A DNA stretch of 32,000 nt, taken from Nonlabens ponticola. GTDB lineage: Bacteria > Bacteroidota > Bacteroidia > Flavobacteriales > Flavobacteriaceae. The notes beneath the pieces are model-generated. The model was given only the letters and a program-made list of their open reading frames with translations. It did not search any database and was not told the DNA's origin. The translations under genes and the position numbers were made by a program. Positions 18,107 to 25,729 of the stretch are shown in pieces. Each line of letters starts with the position of its first letter. Positions within the stretch are counted from its first letter, which is position 1. The stretch covers positions 720,001-752,000 of the forward strand of contig NZ_CP034549.1 of assembly GCF_003966335.1 (NCBI RefSeq), given 5' to 3'.

Positions 18107-19381
18107 ATGAAAAAAACAATACTCATAACATTAGGCGTCATAGCATTTCTAATTGTAGCATTTTTTGCCCTGAAGGCTGTTGGTATAATCGGTGGTGGCG
18201 ATAAAGGTACCCTAGTAGAGACCATGAAGGTAGAGCGATCTACTATCGTGCAAACGGTAAGTGCTACAGGTAAAATAAAACCAGAAATAGAGGTTAGCAT
18301 ATCGCCAGAGGTTCCTGGCGAGATCATCGCATTGCCTATTAAGGAAGGTGAAGCAGTAGAAAAAGGACAGTTGCTAGCTAGAATAAATCCAGATCTTCTC
18401 GAGTCAAGTGTTAGCAGAACAAGGGCTGGACTATCAAATGCTAGATCAAACTATGCACAAGCACAGGCAAGCCTTACCGAGGCTGAAGCCAATTATAGAC
18501 GAAGCGCACAATTATTTGAAAAAGGTGTCATCTCTCAAGCAGAATTTGATAGTGCCAGAGCAAATCTTGATCGAGCCAAAGCATCAGAAAGAGCTGCTTA
18601 CTTTGGAGTTCAAAGTAGTGCTGCAACTGTTAATGAGGCAAGTGATAACCTAGGTCGTACAAGTATTTTTGCACCAATGTCAGGAACTGTTTCCTTACTA
18701 GCAGTAGAATTAGGAGAACGAGTGGTAGGAACACAACAAATGGCAGGTACAGAATTACTGCGCGTTGCAGACCTTTCTCAAATGGAAGTTGAGGTTGACG
18801 TGAACGAGAATGACATCGTCAAGATCAATGTTGGCGATAGAGCACTTGTTGAGGTTGACGCTTATGGAACTCGTCAATTTGATGGTGAGGTAACTGAAAT
18901 TGCAAACACTGCCTCACAGGCATTGAGCGCAGATCAAGTGACCAACTTTAAAGTCAAGGTGAGAATCCTATCTGACAGCTATGCAGATCTAGTTGGCGAT
19001 AAGGAAAACTATAGTCCATTTAGACCAGGTATGACAGCAGTTGTAGATATCATTACCGATGAAGCAATTGATGCAGTAGCAGTACCAATAAGCTCCATAG
19101 TCGTAAAAACAGATACTACTGCGAGCTTGAGAAGAAAAGAAATCACTGTAGATTCTGAGAAATTTGAATGCGTTTTTGTCAATGAGAACGGTAAGTCAGT
19201 ATTAAAGGTAGTAGAAACTGGAATTCAAGACGATAGGAACATCGTTATAAAAAGTGGTGTAGCATTAGGAGATGAGGTTATCACTGGTCCATATAGAACC
19301 GTGACTGATGTCCTTAAACCTGGAAAAACGATTAGGGTAAAAGGTGAAAAAAGCGCCGAAGAAGATACTACTGAAGAATAA
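18107..19381 (+). CDS. Second efflux periplasmic adaptor subunit (HlyD/MFP family)
   Basis: 424 aa with an N-terminal anchor, GEAVEKGQLLARI, a coiled coil and beta-barrel regions. Confidence 0.85.
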   Translation: MKKTILITLGVIAFLIVAFFALKAVGIIGGGDKGTLVETMKVERSTIVQTVSATGKIKPEIEVSISPEVPGEIIALPIKEGEAVEKGQLLARINPDLLESSVSRTRAGLSNARSNYAQAQASLTEAEANYRRSAQLFEKGVISQAEFDSARANLDRAKASERAAYFGVQSSAATVNEASDNLGRTSIFAPMSGTVSLLAVELGERVVGTQQMAGTELLRVADLSQMEVEVDVNENDIVKINVGDRALVEVDAYGTRQFDGEVTEIANTASQALSADQVTNFKVKVRILSDSYADLVGDKENYSPFRPGMTAVVDIITDEAIDAVAVPISSIVVKTDTTASLRRKEITVDSEKFECVFVNENGKSVLKVVETGIQDDRNIVIKSGVALGDEVITGPYRTVTDVLKPGKTIRVKGEKSAEEDTTEE

Positions 19382-19390
19382 CGCTACTTC

Positions 19391-20083
19391 TTGAAACCTA
19401 TTCTTTGCATAGAAACTACCTCTACTAATTGCTCAGTAGCGCTTGCTGTTGAAGGTAGTCTTCTTCCTAATAATTATGGTTTAAAGGATTGTCTAGATCT
19501 ACTTGAAGACAATAGCGACAATTATCAGCACGGTGAGCGATTGCACATCTTTATCGATGAGATATTAAAACGTAATTCTATAGATCGATCAGATCTTACA
19601 GCAGTAGCTATAAGCTCTGGCCCTGGAAGTTATACCGGATTACGCATAGGTACAGCAGCGGCCAAAGGATTATGTTATGCTCTCGATATACCCTTAATTT
19701 CTATCGATACGGTCAACTCTCTATCTGTTATGTTAGAGCCAGATCAACAAGCTAGTTATGTTGTCCCAATGATAGATGCAAGGCGCATGGAAGTTTATAC
19801 CGCGGTTTTTCAAGATCATAATTTAATTACTCCTGTAAATGCGATGATTCTTGACACCAACTCGTACCAGGACATAAGAAAAGGCAAGGACGCTGTTTTC
19901 ATAGGATCAGGCGCCACAAAATTTAGGGAGTTTCTACAGGACAATACTAATAAGTACATTGATAGGTTGCCTAGCGCTATAGGAATGTGTTCTTTAGCGA
20001 TGGCAGCGCATAAAAAAAGCGACTTCGTCAAAGAAGTCGCTTATTATGAACCGCTATACCTTAAAGAATTTAAGGCGGGTTAA
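19391..20083 (+). CDS. tsaB: tRNA t6A37 biosynthesis protein TsaB (YeaZ family)
   Basis: 230 aa with ILCIETTSTNCSVAL and GPGSYTGLRIG motifs. The start codon is TTG. Confidence 0.88.
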   Translation: MKPILCIETTSTNCSVALAVEGSLLPNNYGLKDCLDLLEDNSDNYQHGERLHIFIDEILKRNSIDRSDLTAVAISSGPGSYTGLRIGTAAAKGLCYALDIPLISIDTVNSLSVMLEPDQQASYVVPMIDARRMEVYTAVFQDHNLITPVNAMILDTNSYQDIRKGKDAVFIGSGATKFREFLQDNTNKYIDRLPSAIGMCSLAMAAHKKSDFVKEVAYYEPLYLKEFKAG

Positions 20084-20084
20084 T

Positions 20085-20801
20085 TTATTTCTGTAGGCTT
20101 AAGTAATATGCAATTACTTCTGCTAGACCTTTTCCTTCATCGTCAAAATCAATATCACGATCCTTTATGAAAGCTTTCAATTGCTTTTCATTTTTCTCAT
20201 TCAAAGATTTCAAGCTTCTCTTTTTATGATTCTTGATTTCCTTGATCATTCCTTTTTCAATAAAATAGAAATCATCAGTTTCAAGAACACGAGGTCTGGA
20301 TTGACTAGAGTAACTAGATTTCTGTGCTTCACTCATATCTTGGATAGAACGTTGGTAGCGTCGTACTAAAATTGTTTCTTCGTCAAATGGCTTAATAATT
20401 TTGAAAATGCCATCAAGATCGTTGCTTACATCAGCGAAGTTCAAGTATTGAAACCTTTCTTTTCCTAATTGAATCACATAGTTAGGATTGTTAGGAATAG
20501 CTCTAATCCCTTTACCATCTGCTGTTTCTGAGAATTCAATACGATCTTCGAGAACATTATACTTCATATAATATTCAGCACCAACACCATCGGGCATAAT
20601 AACGATTCCTTTAATCCAGTCGTCATATAAATAAGCGCTACCGTCAAAAGTACCGTCATTCATTTCAGAAATTATGGCTTCCTTATTAAGGGCAAAACCC
20701 GAACCGCCACTTCCTGCTGCTGATGAGATGGCTATATCGCTCTGCGCTGATCCTGCAAATGAAATCGCCGCTGCAGCAATGAATAGAAATAAATTTTTCA
20801 T
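20085..20801 (-). CDS. Hypothetical secreted protein
   Basis: 238-aa ORF with a signal peptide (MKNLFLFIAAAAISFAGSAQS). I recognise no family. Confidence 0.7.
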   Translation of the reverse strand: MKNLFLFIAAAAISFAGSAQSDIAISSAAGSGGSGFALNKEAIISEMNDGTFDGSAYLYDDWIKGIVIMPDGVGAEYYMKYNVLEDRIEFSETADGKGIRAIPNNPNYVIQLGKERFQYLNFADVSNDLDGIFKIIKPFDEETILVRRYQRSIQDMSEAQKSSYSSQSRPRVLETDDFYFIEKGMIKEIKNHKKRSLKSLNEKNEKQLKAFIKDRDIDFDDEGKGLAEVIAYYLSLQK

Positions 20802-20855
20802 GATAATAATATTTTATTGGTTATAATATTTAGAATCAAGAACCATACCGAAAGT

Positions 20856-21056
20856 TTAATTAACCTCGAACGTAATTTTTACGTTCACGCGATAATCTGT
20901 GATTTTATTATCAGTTACATGGGCACTTTGCTCATTGATATAAACAGATTTAATATTCTTCACGCTCTTTCCTGCGTGTGCAACCGCCTTTTGTGCTGCA
21001 TCTTCCCAGCTTTTCTCACTGTTTGCTAATACTTCAATTACTTTTAAAACTGCCAT
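20856..21056 (-). CDS. Dodecin family flavin-binding protein
   Basis: 66 aa. VLKVIEVLANSEKSWEDAAQKAV ... DYRVNVKITFEV matches the dodecin pattern. Confidence 0.8.
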   Translation of the reverse strand: MAVLKVIEVLANSEKSWEDAAQKAVAHAGKSVKNIKSVYINEQSAHVTDNKITDYRVNVKITFEVN

Positions 21057-21127
21057 AATATTTGTTTTTATGATTATATCCTAAGGTAGGATTTTCAAAA
21101 TCAAAAAGACTTAGGCAAATCTTAAAG

Positions 21128-22042
21128 TTACCCATTGAGAGCAACTACGCGCCCTATCTTTCCAGGGATCATCTCTTTGAGCATAGTCTCAATACCATTG
21201 CGCAAGGTCATGGTAGAGCTAGGACAACCGCTACACGCACCCTGTAAAATCACTTTTACTTCTTGTGTTTGCTCTTCATAGCTGTCAAAGACTATATTCC
21301 CACCATCGCTTGCAACGGCTGGCTTTACATACTCATCGAGAATTTCAACGATCTTTTTAGAGGTGTCGCTCAAATTCTCAAATTTTGGTAGACCAACATC
21401 TTCACCTTTTTTGATTCTAGTGCCTGATTGCTGTTTTGATTGACCTATCTCGTCACCGTTTTCTAGTGACTCCTTGATAAAGCCTCTTATTTGATTATTG
21501 ACTTCTGCCCACTCAACAATATCGTGTTTATGAACCGATAAGAAGTTCTCATCTACATATATTTCCTTTACAAATGGAAACTGGTATAGCTTTCGCGAAA
21601 GCGTGCCAGCCACAGTATCCTCAACTGATTTAAATTCTTGTTGCTCCACGACCAGCTTCTTATTAGCTACATATTTCATGACCGAAGGATTGGGTGTTGC
21701 CTCTGCATAAATGGTAATAGCTGTTTTCTTGACGCGTTCTAGGTCTTCATTAGGCAATAAAGGTGTGTCGCCATTGAGGTACTCCTCAATCTGAGCTGCT
21801 ACGGCATCTTGAACATCTTGCCACTGCACGATGTCATAGCGCTCAATGGCAACAAAATTTTGTGCCAGATAGACCGTTTTAACAAATGGCAGATGAAACA
21901 ACTGCTGCGCTAGTGGCGATGGTTTGGCCTCATCAATGTTATTGAACTCATAGCTATGGTTCTTTACAAGGAACTCATTGCTCTCAAATTTGACTATTGC
22001 CTCGTTTGTAGTTTGTGTTACTTTGATAGTGTGTGAACTCAT
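21128..22042 (-). CDS. NifU/Nfu family Fe-S cluster assembly protein (two Nfu_N-like domains plus a NifU C-terminal CxxC domain)
   Basis: 304 aa with two repeated N-terminal modules (FPFVK...W) and a C-terminal GACSGCPSSTMTL. Confidence 0.85.
   Translation of the reverse strand: MSSHTIKVTQTTNEAIVKFESNEFLVKNHSYEFNNIDEAKPSPLAQQLFHLPFVKTVYLAQNFVAIERYDIVQWQDVQDAVAAQIEEYLNGDTPLLPNEDLERVKKTAITIYAEATPNPSVMKYVANKKLVVEQQEFKSVEDTVAGTLSRKLYQFPFVKEIYVDENFLSVHKHDIVEWAEVNNQIRGFIKESLENGDEIGQSKQQSGTRIKKGEDVGLPKFENLSDTSKKIVEILDEYVKPAVASDGGNIVFDSYEEQTQEVKVILQGACSGCPSSTMTLRNGIETMLKEMIPGKIGRVVALNG
21589..21602. repeat. Perfect palindrome GCTTTCGCGAAAGC, copy 6 (inside the nifU-like gene, read as LSRK)
   Basis: Read directly. 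The minus-strand frame gives TLSRKL. Confidence 0.95.
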
Positions 22043-22258
22043 GATAAAGCGTTGAGCTGCAAAGATAATTACTCATCATGCGGTGCAACCACTCATGAGC
22101 AATTTATAATCTATGACCTAATCGAATTCTAGTATATACCGTCAATCGTGGATTCTAACTATTATGCAATATATTTGATCTTTAGATTTCATTAAGAAAT
22201 TAATGGGGTTCAGAGATAACATAACGATTGCATAGTCGTTTGTAGATGACACGTTTTA

Positions 22259-23263
22259 TTGATGAGAAAACTTTTACTTTTATTGTGTTGCGTAGCCATG
22301 GGCCATTCACTAACTGCTCAAGAAGGTATACCGGTTTATCAAGATTATTTAATGGATAATCTATACCTGTTGCACCCATCTATGGCTGGTGCTGCAAATT
22401 GTGGAAAAGTACGTGGTACCGCAAGACAACAATGGTTTGATCAAGATGATGCACCTAATCTACAAACCTTGAGTTTTAATACTGCTGTAGGTCAAAATAG
22501 TGGTATCGGTGCTATATTATTTAACGATCAAAATGGTTATCATTCACAGACTGGTGGTTACCTATCTTATGCCTATCATTTAAATGTAGGTAATGGTTTT
22601 GAGAATTTAAGTCGGGTATCTTTTGGGGTCAATGTAGGTCTGGTACAAAGTAGGCTTGACGAGACTTCTTTTGATCAAAGCAACTTTGACCCAGTTATTG
22701 CTGGCGTGCTTGTAAGCGATTCTTATTTTAATATTGATGTAGGCGCTTCCTATCTTTTCAATGAATTCTTTATCCACGCTACAGTTAAGAACGCCATTTT
22801 TCAAAATCGCGAGATCTATTCAGAAGGATTTGAGAGCACCAATCAACTACGTTTTGTGGCATCCACAGGATATCTTTTTGCACCTCGCGGCTCACAATGG
22901 CAGTTTGAACCATCAGTATTATATCAACGCACTGATAGGACCAAAGAACAATTTGTAGACCTCAATGCCAAAGCTTTTTATGACTTCAACGAGTCCACGG
23001 TATTGTACATGGGTGCTTCTTACCGTCAAAGTTTTGAAGGTGCAGAATTTAGAGACGGCACTGATATTCAAGAGCAAAACCTTTCCTTACTATCACCTTT
23101 CATAGGTGCCAAGTTCAATAACTTTACCATAGGTTATACGTATAGTTACCAGTTTGGTGATGTGACCTTTGATAGCGGTGGTTTTCATCAGATCACTTTA
23201 GGTATCGACTTTCTATGTAGAAAAGATCGCTGGAGTTGTAACTGTCCAGCAGTCAACCTATAA
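22259..23263 (+). CDS. PorP/SprF family type IX secretion system membrane protein
   Basis: 334 aa with a signal peptide and a predicted beta-barrel with PorP/SprF-like N- and C-terminal motifs (HPSMAGAA; FHQITLGIDF). The likely start is the ATG at 22262. Confidence 0.6.
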   Translation: MMRKLLLLLCCVAMGHSLTAQEGIPVYQDYLMDNLYLLHPSMAGAANCGKVRGTARQQWFDQDDAPNLQTLSFNTAVGQNSGIGAILFNDQNGYHSQTGGYLSYAYHLNVGNGFENLSRVSFGVNVGLVQSRLDETSFDQSNFDPVIAGVLVSDSYFNIDVGASYLFNEFFIHATVKNAIFQNREIYSEGFESTNQLRFVASTGYLFAPRGSQWQFEPSVLYQRTDRTKEQFVDLNAKAFYDFNESTVLYMGASYRQSFEGAEFRDGTDIQEQNLSLLSPFIGAKFNNFTIGYTYSYQFGDVTFDSGGFHQITLGIDFLCRKDRWSCNCPAVNL

Positions 23264-23273
23264 TTTTTTCTAG

Positions 23274-23810
23274 ATGCGCAAATTGCTCAACGAGGAGCTG
23301 GATCGATTAACTAACGATGAATATATCGCCAGCAATAAGACGCCACTTATAATCATACTTGATAATGTACGCAGCCTAAATAATGTGGGTAGTGTCTTCC
23401 GTAGTGCAGATTCTTATCGAGTTGAGAAAATCATCTTATGTGGCATAACAGCGCAACCACCACATCGTGAAATACGCAAGACCGCACTAGGCGCGACGGA
23501 AACGGTTGCTTGGGAATACATTGAGGATCCTGTACAAGCAGTGAAACAACTCAAGGAAAACGGATATACCACTTGCGCTATTGAACAAGCAGATCGCTCG
23601 CAAAATCTTTACAATTACCAACCAGAACGCGGCCAGAAAATAGCCATCGTTCTAGGCAATGAGGTGCAAGGCGTGCAGCAAGAAGTGGTAGATGTTTGCG
23701 ATCATGTTATTGAATTGGATCAATATGGTACTAAGCATAGTTTGAATATTGCTGTTTGTGCAGGTATTGTCATTTATGACCTGTTTAATAAGATTAGTCG
23801 GTTAAGGTAA
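23274..23810 (+). CDS. TrmH/SpoU family RNA 2'-O-methyltransferase
   Basis: 178 aa with SpoU motifs (NVGSVFRSA; VLGNEVQGV; LNIAVCAGIVIY). Confidence 0.85.
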   Translation: MRKLLNEELDRLTNDEYIASNKTPLIIILDNVRSLNNVGSVFRSADSYRVEKIILCGITAQPPHREIRKTALGATETVAWEYIEDPVQAVKQLKENGYTTCAIEQADRSQNLYNYQPERGQKIAIVLGNEVQGVQQEVVDVCDHVIELDQYGTKHSLNIAVCAGIVIYDLFNKISRLR

Positions 23811-24950
23811 CGCGCTGGTGATTTGCCCGAGCACATTGAGGTAATCTTCTTGATTATTTACAAAATCCAGCTCGCTCACATCAATCACCTTGACATTTAA
23901 GCCTTTTTGCGAGCGTATAAATTCGGCATAGCCTTGCTGAATCTGGGATAAATAGGCAGCCTCAATATTTTGCTCATAGTCGCGACCACGTTCTTTGATG
24001 TTCTCTAGCAGTCGATCTTCTGTTTGATATAAATAGACGTACAAGTCTGGTTTAATCAATTCCTTGTACATCATGTGAAACAGGCGCTGGTATAAAGAAT
24101 ATTCCTGAGCATTCAACGTGATTTTACTGAAGATGAGTGACTTGATCACATAATAGTCGGCAATCTTAAAGTCTGTAAAGAGGTCTTGCTGTGCGACGTC
24201 ATCACTCAACTGCTGGTAACGATCTGCAAGGAATGACATCTCTAGCGGGAACGAGTAGCGTTCTTTATCCTCATAAAAAAGCGGCAGGAAAGGATTGTCT
24301 GCAAATCGTTCCAGTACTGGTTTACCATTAAAATCGGCGCTTATCTTGTGCGTAAGACTCGTCTTACCAGATCCTATATTTCCTTCAATCGCTATAAAAT
24401 TAACTTTATGCAAAGGGTAGCGATCTCGAGACAAGGCATTGCTAAAATTTGAGTTAGTTCTCAAATCATTTTTCAACGCTTCAACTTGCTCATTATGTGA
24501 TTGAAAATCCTTGATCTTTACTCTCGCAATAGGATGCATGGCGTCACCGGCAATCTCCTGCAAGGGCTTCATCACAAAATCACGCTCCAGCATGTGTGGA
24601 TGCGGTATTTTCAGGTCTGCCTGATCAATAATTAAGTCGTCATACAGCAATATATCGAGATCGATAACTCGGTTCTCATAAGACTTACCTTTCTTGGGCT
24701 GGCGACCCGTGTCTCGCTCTATTTGCTGCAGGATTTGCAGACATTCTCTAGGAGATTTATGCGTGTGGGCAAGTAAGCAACTGTTTAAAAAATCGTCACC
24801 TACAAATCCTGCTGCTGGCGTCTCATAGACCTGTCCTACCGCGATGATCAATCCCAATCGCTGCTCAATAAAGTCAACGGCATAGCATAGATGCTCAAAT
24901 CGATCACCTTGATTACTGCCTAATGCTATGAAAATCTTATGGTTATGAAT
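23802..24950 (-). CDS. folK: In-frame HPPK (FolK) domain plus deoxynucleoside kinase domain
   Basis: The track ORF (23802..24857, TTG start) holds the HPPK C-terminal part (DLDILLY, IPHPHMLERDFV) followed by a dNK domain (IEGNIGSGKTS). Hand translation upstream stays open to 24980 and encodes the missing HPPK N-terminus, HKIFIALGSNQGDRFEHL. That stretch has no ATG, GTG or TTG, so I extend the CDS to the ATT at 24950. Confidence 0.7.
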   Translation of the reverse strand: MHNHKIFIALGSNQGDRFEHLCYAVDFIEQRLGLIIAVGQVYETPAAGFVGDDFLNSCLLAHTHKSPRECLQILQQIERDTGRQPKKGKSYENRVIDLDILLYDDLIIDQADLKIPHPHMLERDFVMKPLQEIAGDAMHPIARVKIKDFQSHNEQVEALKNDLRTNSNFSNALSRDRYPLHKVNFIAIEGNIGSGKTSLTHKISADFNGKPVLERFADNPFLPLFYEDKERYSFPLEMSFLADRYQQLSDDVAQQDLFTDFKIADYYVIKSLIFSKITLNAQEYSLYQRLFHMMYKELIKPDLYVYLYQTEDRLLENIKERGRDYEQNIEAAYLSQIQQGYAEFIRSQKGLNVKVIDVSELDFVNNQEDYLNVLGQITSALP

Positions 24951-25021
24951 TGTAGAGATGACCGTGACTTTTGCTGCAAATTAACTATAAATGCGCACTC
25001 TATTTTTACTTTTATGCCCTT

Positions 25022-25720
25022 ATGAAACAACTGCAGGGAAGTAAGTTGAGATTAGCGCATCGCATCTATCTGGTGCTGGCGGCACTCTTTATTTGCTCCC
25101 TTGTTGTCTCAAACTTAATCTTCCAAAAATTTTTTTATTGGAATCCGTTTGGTCTCTTCCGTTTTGAGATTTCTGTTGGATTGTTGCCTTATCCGATTAC
25201 ATTCTTGATAACTGATCTAGTGAGCGAGATTTACGGTAGGCGCAAGGCAAATGATCTTGTTTTGGCAGGAATATTTGCCTCGGTTTTTAGTCTAGGCATT
25301 ATTTATGTTGCAGATAAAGCACCAGCGATTGAAAGCAGCGCCATTCAAGATGCGTTGTTCACTAAAGTTTTTGGAGCGACCACGCTAGCCGTGATTTCCA
25401 GTATGATGGCATATTTGTTTGCACAATTTGTAGATATACAGATCTATCATTTCTGGAAAAGAGTTACTAAAGGCAAGATGTTATGGCTGCGCAACAACCT
25501 GAGCACCTTCTTCTCGCAGTTTGTTGATACCATGAGCGTGTTACTGCTGCTGTGTTATGCAGAGTTATTACCGTGGGAAAAATTCTGGCCACTACTGGGT
25601 GCAGGTTTTTTATTTAAGGTGCTGGTGGCCTTACTGGATACGCCATTGCTATACGCTGGTGTTTATGCCTTTCAACGCCTGTTCAAACTAGAGCGTGGCG
25701 AGGAACTATTAATTGATTAA
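25022..25720 (+). CDS. yhhQ: Queuosine precursor transporter (YhhQ/VUT family, DUF165)
   Basis: Polytopic membrane protein with PYPITFLITDLVSEIYG and FSQFVDT motifs. The track ORF starts at the TTG at 24971, but the ATG at 25022 (MKQLQG...) seems more likely. Confidence 0.75.
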   Translation: MKQLQGSKLRLAHRIYLVLAALFICSLVVSNLIFQKFFYWNPFGLFRFEISVGLLPYPITFLITDLVSEIYGRRKANDLVLAGIFASVFSLGIIYVADKAPAIESSAIQDALFTKVFGATTLAVISSMMAYLFAQFVDIQIYHFWKRVTKGKMLWLRNNLSTFFSQFVDTMSVLLLLCYAELLPWEKFWPLLGAGFLFKVLVALLDTPLLYAGVYAFQRLFKLERGEELLID

Positions 25721-25729
25721 AAATATTAC

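Noticed and set aside
20817-21029. Plus-strand 70-aa ORF overlapping the dodecin gene
   Set aside because: The opposite-strand ORF (20856..21056) has a clear dodecin signature. The plus-strand peptide is Cys/Ile-rich with no features of a real protein.
24951-25021. preQ1 riboswitch upstream of the YhhQ-type queuosine precursor transporter
   Set aside because: I looked for the short hairpin plus A-rich tail (..CCC..UAAAAAACUA-like) of preQ1-I. The leader is T-rich with no matching hairpin, and part of the region is occupied by the folK N-terminus on the other strand.
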